DNA of 64,000 bases from Camelus dromedarius (Eukaryota), in the NCBI RefSeq assembly GCF_036321535.1, contig NC_087437.1, forward strand, positions 17,114,001 to 17,178,000, given 5' to 3'. Within the stretch, counting starts at the first letter, position 1. Every line of letters starts with the position of its first letter. The notes below the pieces were generated by a model. That model saw only the letters and a program-made list of their open reading frames with translations, did no database searches and was not told the origin of the DNA. The position numbers were made by a program, and so were the translations under genes. This document shows positions 39,669 to 52,105 of this stretch, in pieces.

Positions 39669-41005
39669 CAATTTGTTGTCATATAACTGTTTGTAGTATT
39701 CTCTTATTATTTTTGATATCTCTGTGGTAGCAGTTATAGTTTATCCTCTTTAATTTCTTATTTTGTTCATTTGGATCCTCTCTCATTTTCTTAAGGAGCC
39801 TGGATAAATAAAAGCTAATCAGTTTTGTTTATCCTTTCAAAACATTAACTCTTGGTTTCATTGATCTTTTTCATTGTTGTTTGTTTTTGTTCTCTATTCA
39901 TTTTCTCTCTGACCTTTATTGTTTCCTTCTTTCGCTGACATGATGTTGTTTGTCCTTCTTATTCTAATTTCTTTAGATGGTAGGTTAGGTTGTTTACTTG
40001 AGATTTTTCTTGTTTCTTGAGGTAGGGCTGTATTGCTATAACTGCTTTTGTTACATCCAACAGATTTTTGAAAAGTTGTGCTTTTATTTTCATTTGTCTT
40101 AAAGTATTTTCTAATTTCCTCTTTGATTTCTTCTTTGACCCATTGGTTTTTCTGTAGCATATTGTTTAGTTTGCACATATCTGTGTTCTTCCTGTAACTG
40201 ATTTCTACTTTCATACTGGTTGTGGTAGGGGGAAAAAATGTTTGAATTAATTTATATCCTCTTAAATTTCTGAGACATGTTTTGTGGCCTACCACATGAT
40301 CTATCCTGGAGAACGTTCCATGTGCACTTGAAAAGAAAGTGTATTCTGTTGTTTGGGCATGTAATGTCCTGTAGATGTCTGTTAAATCCAACTGGTCTAA
40401 TATGTCACTTAAGACCACTCTTACAGATTTTCTTTCTGAATGTCTGTCCATTGAGGTAAGTGAGGTGCTGAAGTCCTTACTATTACTGTACTATTGTCAA
40501 TTTTTCCTTTTATGTCTGCTAATTTTTACTTTATATATTTAGGAGTTCCCACATTACCTGCATATATGTTAATGAATGTTCTCCTCTTCTTGCATGGATG
40601 CCTTTATCACTATACAGTGGCCTTGTCTTTTGTTGTAGGCTTTGTTTTAAAGTCTACTTTGTCTTGATTTCAAACCAGCTAAGGGGACTTATCTTCCTGG
40701 TGTTGGATCCCAAAGCTGGGTTACCCAACATGTAGCTAAAACCTCTTACTCCCCAGGGAGGATCCCCAAGCTTCTGATATTCCCTCCTTTTCTGTGTTCC
40801 ATGCTAGGAGTACAAGTCTTGTTCTGATCATTTCTCCTCCCTTCCTACCCAACTCCATTTGGATCTTTCATTATAACCTTGGTTCTAGAAGATCCTTTCT
40901 ACCAGCCTTCAGTTTGTTCTCAGCAAGTAGCTCTACATGTACTGTATTTTTGAGGTGTTTTGGGGCGGGGGGAGCTTGGCATCCTCCTATTCTGCCATTT
41001 TGATC
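39669..41005 (-). mobile_element. L1 piece: first ~340 nt of the 5'UTR (40666-41005) fused to the ORF2 endonuclease/linker (39669-40665)
   Basis: The minus strand begins gatcaaaatggcagaataggagg. ORF 39894-40451 encodes LDQLDLTDIYRTLH..YTFFSSAHGTFSRIDH (L1 endonuclease). There is no ORF1 in between. Confidence 0.85.
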
Positions 41006-43209
41006 TTCCTTTTTCAGAATTATCCTATTGCTTTTCTTAGTTTTGCAACGACTTCTGAACTTTCTAAACTTTCAATATTGCTCACAAATAGTGGTCATAC
41101 CCACTTTATTTTCTAAATGTGTTGTTTTATACTGCCAATATAATGCTAAATAAGAGTTGTGAGAGTGGGCCTCCTTGCCTTGTTTGACTTTAGTGAACAT
41201 GACTCTACTAGTTTCCCTTGAGCATGCTGTTGGCTTTGGTGTTAAAAGGCTTTTTTCTTTCTTTTCCTTTCATTTTTTTACCTTCTAGAGTTAACAGAAA
41301 AGTTGTTAAAAAAAAAAAAAAAAAGGACAAGGAACTACTGAATACTCATCACCAAATTCCCGATGTAAACATTTTATATTTGTTTTAGCCTTCTTTCACT
41401 CTTCATTACTCTTGTGTTTATTTCCCTAAACCAAAAAAACAAAACAAAACAAAACTCAAAAGCAAAAAAACCCTCTTATACAACTATAGCACAATGATTA
41501 GAGTGATGAAATTAACAATACAATATGTATGTTCTAATCCACAGAACTGATTTCAGTATTTGTCTCAATAATGTTCTATCAAAAGGAAAAATCTGATATA
41601 CTGTACTGCATTCATTTCCTTTAGTCTCTGGTCTGAAACAGCTCCTGAGCCATTTCTTTGTATTTCACAACACTGACATTATTGAAGAGTACGGGATAGT
41701 TATCCTGAAGAACACATCTTACTTTAGGTTGTCTGATGTTTCTTCATGAGTAGAGTCAGACTCTGAAATTTGGCAAGAATACTGTAAGTGTGAGATTGAG
41801 TTCTTCTAAGTGCATACCATGAATTATGTGCTATCAACTGGTTTAATAACTGGCAATGTTGCTTTCATCATATGTTTATGGTTGTGTATACCAAGTTTAT
41901 ACAGGTAAAGTACCATTTTACCCATAACAGATACCTTGTTATCTTGTAAGGAAACAATTGGAGACTAGGTAAATATTGTGTTCTTCACTTTCCCCCAGTA
42001 GTTTTGTAGCCCAAGCACTGCGTTCAAAATTTACTTTACTTTTTACACTCTTCAGTGTGGTTATGTTATTTATGATATGGCATGGTGTGGTTCATCTGCT
42101 CTGTTTGCATCCACTTTTAGGATTTCACCTCATTTTTACTGATTTTTTTCTTTTTTTTTTTTTTGAGTATGTGGGAAATGAAGGTAACTCCAAGACTATA
42201 CAAAAGTATATTCCATTAAGTATTATCCTTTCACCCCAATACCCTCTAAACTTTCCATCTCATTTACATACACTCACACCCTGTAGACAACCAATCATTA
42301 CTCTCTGGCTTATCTTTCCTTTGTTTCTTTCTGGTCAAATGAACAAATATATGTGTTTATTCTATTATTTCCCCTTCTTTCTTTGAAAAACAAGTTGAAC
42401 ACTTTCAGGCACTCTATTGCACCTTGCACTGAAAAACATATCCTGAAAATCTCCCTGCATCAGTCCATAAAGATCTTCCTCACACTTCTTTGCAATGCCA
42501 AAAAACTCCATCATATAAACTATACCACGGTATATTCAATCACTGTCCTATATCTGAGCATTTAGGTTGTTTCCAGTATTTTGCAACTATAAATAATATT
42601 GTATTGAATAACACTGTGCACTTATTTTTGTAATACTGGAGGTATATCTTCATAGCAAAATTCCAGAAGTAGGATGGCTAGGTCAAAAGATAAAAACATA
42701 TGTAGCTCTGGTAGATACTGCCAAATCTCTTTCCAGGAGAGACATACAATTTGTATTTCAACAAACAATGCAATAGTGTCTATTCCCTCACAATCTAAGG
42801 AACAAGAGTGTTAAAACTTTTAATTTTTTATCAGTCTGATAGGTGAAAATGGTATCTTGGTGTAACTATATTTTGTAATTCTCTTCTTCTATATGTTTTG
42901 ATGCTTACTAGAAACCTGCTTACTACAGTTTCACAGGTATTTGGGTCTATTTTTGGATCTTTATTATACCCCACTGATGTGAGAGACAGTTTTCTTTGCT
43001 AACCATATGAAGAAAATATGCACCTATGCCTCTTTTATCAAAATGCTTAAAAATCCATTTTGTCAAATACCTTTCCAAGACTATGAAGACAGTTGAAAGG
43101 AAAAGTGGCAAGTGATAATAACAGAATTCACAGAAAAAAAAATAGAAACAGCTCTTAAGCCATATTCATAAGAGAAATACAAATTGAAATCATCCAAATA
43201 TAAAAACTG

Positions 43210-44370
43210 ACCATGAACCATCAACCTAAATATAAGATATAAAACTATAAAATGATTAGAAGAAAACACAGAGATAAATCTTTATGTTCTTAGAATTGGC
43301 AATAGGTTCTTAGACTTGATACCACAAGCATGAGGAAAAAATGAAAAAAATAGATAACCTGGATTTGATAAAAATTTAAAGCTTTTGTTCAAAGGACATC
43401 TTTAGGAAAGTAGAAAGAGAACCTATAGAGTAGGAAGCCAGAATTTGCAGGTTATAAACAGTTGCATGTTGTTTATCAGATAAGGGTTTAGTATTCAGAA
43501 TACATAAAGAACTCTAACAACTTAAAACAAAAATAAAAACCATCTAATTTAAAAATGAGCACAGGACTTGAATACACATTTCTTCAAAAAAGATATACAA
43601 ATCACCAAAAAAGCACATGAAAAGATGATCAAGATCACTGGTGATTAAGAAAACACAAATCAAAACTACAGTAAGATACCTCTTCAAACCCACTAAGATA
43701 GTTAAAATTTAAAAATTGGAAAATATAAGTGTTTCAGAGGATGTGGAGAAATAAGAATTTTCATACATTTCTGGAATTTCAAATGGTACAGTTGCTGTGA
43801 AAACAGTTTGGCAGTTCCTCAAAAAGTTAAAACAGAATTACCATACGATCTAGCAATTTTACTACTAGGTATTTACATCAAAGAATTAAAAAATAAGTAC
43901 TGAAATAGGTATTTGTTCATGAATGGTCACAGAAGCAATACTCACAATAACCAAAAGTTGATAACAACCTAAATGTCCACCAACAGATGAACAGATGAAC
44001 AAACTGTAATATACATATAATGAAATAAATACCAATACAATGCTCCTTAAATAAACCTCGAAGACATAATGCTAAATGAAAGAAGTCAGACATAAAAAGG
44101 TCACATACTGTATAATTCCTTTTATATATAATGACTAGAAGAGGCAAATCTAGAGGAGCAGAAAGCAGATTAGTGGTTGCCAAGGGTTGCAAGGAAGAAA
44201 GGAATGGAGGACTACTTAATGAATATTAGGTATTTTTCCGGGGTGATAAAAAAATTTTGATACTAGAGACAAGTGCTTGCATAACATTGTGAATGTGCTA
44301 AAATGTACTGAACTGCCCACTTTAAACTGGTTAATTGTTTACATGAATTTCACCTCAATTAAAAAAATTG
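43210..44370 (+). mobile_element. L1MB-type ORF2 end and 3'UTR
   Basis: acctaaatataagatataaaactataaaa..agaagaaaac; gaaaacagtttggcagttcctcaaaaagttaaa; end gaatttcacctcaattaaaaaaa. Confidence 0.8.
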
Positions 44371-44723
44371 TACTGACACATCATTTAAAATTATTCATAA
44401 GACCAATACAAAATTTTTATAAAAACATTTTGTTTTTGAAAAGACTGAGAAGAAACAAACATTCTCATATACTACTGATGGGAATAAAAATGGGTACAAT
44501 TCCTATAGCAGGAAATTAGCCAGAATCTAATATAATTACAAATACAGTTACCTACAGACATTCTTCCACAAAGAGCAAATAAGGTATACACAAAATTACT
44601 CATTACATTACTGTTTGTAAGAGCAAAAGACTACAAATAATGCAATGGCCTGTTAATAGAAGACTTGGTAAGTAAATTGTTATACATACACACAGAGGAA
44701 TGCTATGATGTTGGAAACAGGAT

Positions 44724-44858
44724 GGGAGGAAGGGAGGGAGGAAGGGAGGGAGGGGTAAAGGGGTGAAGGAAGGAAGGAAGGAAGGAAAGAAGGAAGGAAA
44801 GAAGGAAGGAAGGAAGGAAGGAAGGAAGGAAGGAAGGAAGGAAGGAAGGAAGGAAGGA
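44724..44858. repeat. GGGA/GGAA purine-rich microsatellite
   Basis: Read directly; nearly pure (GGAA)n from 44765 to 44858 with two GAAA variants. Confidence 0.95.
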
Positions 44859-45559
44859 TTAATCAATCAAGAAAACTCTTCATACACCAGTATCTTTTGT
44901 GTCAGAGGGGTGGGGAAAGGAAGAGCATATATTTCCTATTTACATACATAGACAGACAGATAGATGGATATACAACAAAGTAGTTAAGAGCAATTAATTG
45001 TGGAGATAGAGAGGAAGGCAGGAAGTGGTAAAGGTTATTTGTTTTATATTTTAAAAAATTTGTTTTTTTGGTTTTTTGAACCATAGGAATGAATTACAAC
45101 AGGAAAAAAAAATTTTAAGACTACCAGGTGTTTTAAAACCAAAACCCAATCCAACAGGACATTTATATAGATTAAGTGAGGTAACATATGTGAAGCATAC
45201 CACTCAGCGCTTGCTTTGCTCATTTTAAGACTATAAAATTAACAAACTTACTTTCCTGCAAATAAACTAATCTCTTGCCACTCCTTATCTGTCTCTATGC
45301 TCTAAGATTTGGTCACAAACTCTATTTATGTCTTAGAGTGTGCTCTACTTTCTTGTCTTCTGGAATTTTTACACAATCTGTTAATTTTGGCCTTTCTCCT
45401 CTTCCTTAACTTTCTCTTACTCAACTTCAGTCCCACTGCAGAGTTTCTTCCTCTGGGATGCACTTTCTTACAACTATCCCCACATTCACACATACACAGA
45501 AATACACAGCCTGGGCTGGATCAGAAGCCCCTTCTTGCTATTTCCACAGTATCCTGTGG

Positions 45560-45790
45560 TTAGACATATAGACTACAGATTGAGACAAGCCTGAATCAAA
45601 ATCATGAATTTGGCACTTACAAACTATATGGTGTCCAAAAATTCACATAAGCCCTGCATTCTCAGTTTTCTGAACTACAGAATAAAAATCACATCTGCCT
45701 GATGGGAGTGTTAAACCAATATTAAATCAGCTAATGTGTGTAAAGCACACAGCTTGGCACATACACGTTATTAAATAGTAACCAGTTTTA
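45560..45790 (+). mobile_element. MIR SINE
   Basis: cctgaatcaaaatc..gcacttac..ctcagttttct..ttaaatcagctaatgtgtgtaaagcac. Confidence 0.55.
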
Positions 45791-46538
45791 TTACACTTAC
45801 GGCACTGATCACCTTAGTAAACTATTAGTATATTTCTCTCTTTTTCTTTGCAATAAAGCTTCCCTTAAAAATTAAACATACCCTAATATTTACTGAGGCA
45901 GAGACTGTCTTGGTAATATCTGTATACTCTGGAACAGTGCTTAGTATAATGTAGGTAATATAAATATCTGGTAAACTTATTATGTCAATATGGTGAGTGA
46001 TAACTTGTTCGCAAATAAGAAAGCTTTCAAGAAATCAATTTGATCAGCGATCAAAGATCACTATTCTTTTTGTATTGAAAAGCAAAGAACGGTGTTTACT
46101 AACTGATTTTCCTCCATACAGTACAACTTAATCCGTTAAGATTTATTCTAGAGAAGAAAAACACTTATCAGTTATGTATTAATATAATGAAAATAAAATT
46201 TCACTTTTAACAAATTAGCTATGGATTCCAAATAACTGTAAACTTAAGAAATCTCATTTTCATGTTACTGCAAACAAATTTTTTAAGATTCAAGCATTTC
46301 ATCTGTAACATGAGGATCCAAAATAATGAATGTTAGCAACTAGCACAGTTGGCAATATGGAGCACAGGTAAAAATAATATCACTAAATATTAATTATAAA
46401 AGCTTATAATCTAAAAAGCCAATTCATAAAATCATTAATTTCAGATTTTCTTCAAAATATCAAAAAATTCAGAATCTATTATTTTATGAGTAAAACCAAA
46501 CCAGGAAAAAAAGGAAATAGCTTTAAATAATAATTTTA

Positions 46539-46820
<282 letters not shown>

Positions 46821-47680
46821 TTAAAACAAGAAAACTACTTACCTAAAATTCTCTCTGTAGCCAACTAAAAGTAGATTCCCTCATTTTGAAAAGCAATTCA
46901 AATGTGAATTACTAGATTTGTTCAAAATAGAGCACAATATAAGCCTGACTGTACCAATTCTATTAAGTCCAATAATTATTAAGCAACTTACAGATACTAA
47001 TATTCAAACCATATTGTGAAAATAACACAAAAACTAATTGCCCTTATTCATAAATATAAGCTTTCTAAGTATCACAAAACCTAGCAGTACATAAAAAGAG
47101 TACACACATATACAATAATGCATTTTTTCCAGGAATGCGAGGATGTCTCAGAATTAGGAAATCAAACAATTCAATTTATCAACAATGTAAAGAAAAATAA
47201 ATAACTGTACTACCAGCTCTCAAAAAAGTATCTGATAAAATTCTGTAGTCAAGCTTAAAAAAAACTTTCTAGATCAACTAGGGTTCTGTGATATGTTGGT
47301 AAACAACATAAAGACAAAGACTAAAAATATACTTGTTCCTGAAATCCTTAACGCACTTCAGCTCTAAAAAGGAATGAGGCAAAGTTGCATCCCTAACCAT
47401 TCAACACAGGTTTTAAGTTTTCAGTTTATGCAGGAACTAGTAAAATAGCAGTAAAGCCAACTCCTTTCCTACAGTTGCTAAGAAAATTTAAGAACTTCTA
47501 CTAAAGTGACTCAAAAAACTAATAAAAAATTTGACAAATAGCTGACAAAAGATAAATGCACACAATAAATTTTTAACATTGACAATATAGAAGAAAAATA
47601 AACAGATTGAGAAGCCTGTTTACAACTAAAATTACCTAAGAATAAATTCAAGTAATGTACAAGTTTTAATTAAGAAAATT

Positions 47681-47791
47681 ATTTTTATTGCTGTGAGCTA
47701 CCAGAAGATCTTGTATATATTTCCCTGTGCTATATAGTATAATCTTGTTTGTTTATTCTGCATATGCCTGTCAGTATCTACAAATTTTGAA
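47681..47791 (-). mobile_element. ~110-nt internal 3'UTR fragment of a young lineage-specific L1
   Basis: aagatcttgtatatatttccctgtgctatatagtataatcttgttt is homologous to the L1 3'UTRs at ~59930-59980 and ~60290-60345. Confidence 0.7.
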
Positions 47792-49728
47792 ACATATATG
47801 ATATAGAAAATAACCTATATAAGTTTCACATACTGACTTTTCTTAAAAAAGCTTAGTGTTGTATCAGTAATGTATTTCCAAATTGTTAGATAAATTTAAT
47901 GTGATTCCACTTAGCATACTAGGGGCAAAACTATTTGAGGTTTTTCCTGGGCAAGCACAGAAAATATATGCAAATAATTTTTAAAGTTGAAGACATTTTT
48001 ATTTTTGTTACTTAGGTATAAATATACTTTAAGTTATATCTTAGTAAAATCTTAAGTTACTCCTTGATGAAAGTTTATAAATACATATACCTGTGTGACC
48101 ATAACCAAGATGAAAATGTAAAAACATTTCCAGAACTAGAACAGGCTGCCTCATTTCCCTTCCAATCAGCAACCAACATCAACCCAAATTATTCCTTAAC
48201 AGTTGATGTTTCTGAAATTCATATAAATAGTATCATGCTGTATTTGATTTCTTTCAGTCAAAGCTAAATCAGTGAGGTTCAGCCATGTTATTATGTGTTA
48301 TCAGTAATCCTTGTTTGCACTCAACAGTTTTATTTTGTCAATATGACACACTCTATAATCCATTTTACTACTGATACACTTGAGTGTTGTTTCCAACACA
48401 TTGTCTGACATCAACATTTTTTCTATTGCATATATACCCAATAGCAGACTTATTAACAAACAGAATACCGTGTATGTTGAGTGTTAGTACACAATGTCAA
48501 ACAATTTTCCAAAATTGGTGTATTAAATTACACTTCCACCAGCAATGAATGATATTGAGTCCTCCACATCCTCACCAGTACTGTGTATTATCAGCCTTTT
48601 TATTTTAACCCATTCTGATTGAGCATATCCCTTTCCCTTCTTTAATGATCTCCTCTACTGAGTAATAACCATATTTCCTTCTTCTCTGTGAAAGAGATGA
48701 CTTTTTTGTTAACTGTTGATGTACATAACACTCTTTGTTTCTCTGTTTCATCACATTAGTGTCTGGGAGGTGTTGTTCTTAAAGTACAAAGAAAATATAA
48801 TGATGGTAGGAGAGGGGGACAAAAAGAAAGAAAGAATGGCATGATACATGTTCAAGGTTCAGCTTTTTTGCATAGCACGTTTAGGTCCTGTTGGCTAGGA
48901 ATGGTGGTGAGGACTAAGAATGGATAAAGCAGGTCAAGGGTGACTTTGAGACTGAGGACAAGTAGAAATGTTTGGTGATCCAGGTAATGAAGTGTGGCAT
49001 AAAGCAGAAGAGGAAACTATTTCCCCCTTTCTACATGAGGTCCAGCATTGTGAAGGCACTCTGAACATGGTGACCAAAATTTTTCTTTAGCTCCCAAATT
49101 TATAATCCCACCAGTTATATATGAAGAGCCTGAAACACTGAATAAGACTAGTGAGGAGGGACTTGCATTAAAAATACTAAAACAATATAAAAATACTGAA
49201 AACAATATAGATTAAAAGTAATATAGGACTAGAAAAGTAATTAAGGCAAGAAAGCACAGAAATAGATCCAGGTATATTTAAAACTTAAGCTATAACAGAG
49301 GAGATATTTCAGGTTTAGACAGAAAAGGGTGGTTTATTTAATAAATGATACTGACATGATTGATTATTCATCTGGAAGTTGTATCTTGTTAAAAGCTATC
49401 AGAGAGGTATAGGGGAAAAGGAATCTAAACAACTAAACTCCAAGAGATAAGCCTTTCTTACACTGACAGAAACTGATGACCGTGAGAGGCATTGCTAAGT
49501 TGGGCATAGGTAGGTGGACAATACAACCTGTCATAATATGGCTTGGTAGGGATAAGAAGAAGATAAAACAGAAAACTACAGAAGGCACATCAAAACTAAA
49601 CAGCTGGGAATATTCAAATAAAAAAAATTAAAAGCAGCCACAGAGTACACATAGGAGACAAAAGGATAAGAAATATGCACATTTCTCATCAAAAATAATG
49701 AAAGCGAGTGGATAATGGAATGCCATAT

Positions 49729-49794
<66 letters not shown>

Positions 49795-49987
49795 GCAGAA
49801 AAGAAAGGAAGGAAGAAAGGAAGGAAGAAAGAAAGAAAGGGAAAGAAAAGAAAGGGAAAGAAAAGAAAGGGAAAGAAAAGAAAGGGAAAGAAAAGAAAGG
49901 GAAAGAAAAGAAAAGAAAAGAAAAGAAAAGAAAAGAAAAGAAAAGAAAAGAAAAGAAAAGAAAAGAAAAGAGAGAGAAAAAAAAAAA
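49729..49987. repeat. Compound polypurine tract: (GAAA)16, GGAA/GAAA mix, 15-nt-period GGGAAAGAAAAGAAA x5, (GAAAA)~13, A-run
   Basis: 259 nt with a single pyrimidine (C49796), read directly. Confidence 0.97.
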
Positions 49988-49989
49988 CC

Positions 49990-52105
49990 TGCCCATCAGT
50001 TAGGCAGAAAACACAATGCCCCACAAAAATCAACAACCAGACAGCTATCCAGGAACAATACTAGCTCCGGGAGACTTCTAGAGTCTACTGAGGAAGGTTT
50101 AAGGTCATCAAAACTGAGAATAATCACATCAGAAGAAAAAGAAGGTAACTTCATTTTGCCTGCATCATCCCATCCCCCAAAATGATACTGTTCAGTGCTA
50201 AGAAGGAACCTCCCCGTTATAAAGAGTTCCTCTTGCCAAGAAAGGAAGTGTAAGGTTAATGACCAGCTTCTCCAGTCTCACAGTGCACTGCACAAAGGTC
50301 CTGCTTTGGTTTCACCCCACCTAGACTAGCAAACCTGAGATATATGAAGCTGGCTAGGAACAAGGAATAAAAGCAGAAGCTATTACTAGCAGACAAGCAG
50401 CCCAAGGGATCAGAGTTCACAGAGACATGCTCTTCAGAAAAACTCAGCAAATTTCACCAACAAGGAAGCCAAAGCTCAGCATGGTCACTGTGGATTCCCC
50501 ACAGATCTAAACATCTTTTCCCCTGCAGGTATTTGTGCTTGCTGATGCCAACTGTCTGAGTTCCTTTCTGCACACTTCCTCTGCCAATACCAGACCTACA
50601 CTATATGCACTATTCTTTATATATATAATATTTATATAACATAAATACATATATAAAATAGAGGTGGGAAGGGAGAGAATATAAACATAGCTCTCTGAAG
50701 CTGCACAAGTGTAAGACACCAACCACCAGAGCTTGAGAGCCACACTTGCAGGTGTTAGGCTAGTATTCTGCACTTGTGCACTTGCAGCTTCTGCAGGTGC
50801 ACAAGTGCAAGATACCAGCTTACCACCACCCATACACCCACACTGAACCTCACCACTGTGCTCATACTCAGGACTTGCCGCTCCAATGGTGCACTACTAG
50901 CCTAACGTCCACCACTGCCCTCCACTGTAGTGAGCATGCATGGTGGGTTTGGAGGGAGACAACAATGCTGCCAGGTAAGTGCACCTATAACCAAGGCACC
51001 CTGCAGCTGCTGCTTGTAGGCCAAGATCAGGCCCTGCCTCCTGTCACTGACCAGCACCCCTATGCCTACCTGTACTCAGCTGTTCTAAGCTGGGCATGGC
51101 ACACCCCAGACAAACCCCCATCACCAGTCTCCACTGCAGTGTGGTCATCTGCGGGGAGAGTGGACAATCATAGAAGAGGACACTGACGGCCAGGGACTCC
51201 ACTTCAGCCAATGAGTCCACAGTTGGTCCCAACCCTTGCTATCTGCACTAGTCCTCATCCCTACAAGTACGTCTGCAACTGGCCTCTCCCACTACATAGG
51301 CACCTGCAGCTGCCCACCACAGCCTGCCCTGGTCCCTAGCCACTGAACCCAGAGGCACTGCTTAGGATCACAACAGATCCTGTAGCCACTGCAGATCTCC
51401 CACAGTGCTTGTCAAGAATCACACAGTTGTCAGTGGTGTGGACCCCAGTGGCTGGAGCCAAAGACACATTACGCCCCCAGGGACCCAATGCTGCCACATG
51501 CCCGTGTACCACTATACCCAGGGTCACAGCATTATCCTGTGTGCTCTTATCCACAGGTGAAAGGCTTCCCTTATTAAATTCAGTCAATAAAGTCTGGAAG
51601 AGGTTAACCGCTTCTTCAAATGCACAAACATGAAAACAAAGCAATAGGGATTATGATGAATTTGGGAAATAATATCTGCACCAAAGGGATACAGCATGCC
51701 TCTAGGAACTGGCTCAAAGAAATGAAGATCCAGGAATTGCCTAACAAAGAATTCAAAACAACTGTCCCACAGATGATCAGAGATCTACAAGAGAACACAG
51801 ATAAAAAAGTTAATGTATCAGGAAAAAAATACAAGAACAAAATAAGAAGTTCAACAGAGAGACAGAAGACAAAAGAAAAACCCAAACCAATTTTGAAACT
51901 GAATACAATGACTGTACTAAAGAATTCAAAATAGAATCTCAACAGCAGAATTGAACAAGCTGCAGGGAGAATCAGTGAGCTAGAACACAAATCAACTGAA
52001 AATATCCAACCAGATGAGAAAAAAAAAAAATAAAGAATGACAAGGAATTAAGAAAGCTGACAACAATTATGGGATACCATCAAAAGAAATAGTATACACA
52101 TCATA
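49990..52105 (+). mobile_element. Older L1 5'UTR plus N-terminal half of ORF1
   Basis: C-rich UTR-like sequence to ~51620. ORF 51620-51934 encodes KEMKIQELPNKEFKTTV..MIRDLQENTDK (ORF1p-like). gaatcagtgagctagaa..ttatgggataccatcaa follows. Confidence 0.75.

Noticed and set aside
49628..50185. Lys/Arg/Glu-rich and Phe/Ser-rich ORFs
   Set aside because: They are translations of the polypurine microsatellite. The same applies to the ORFs at 44603-44951.
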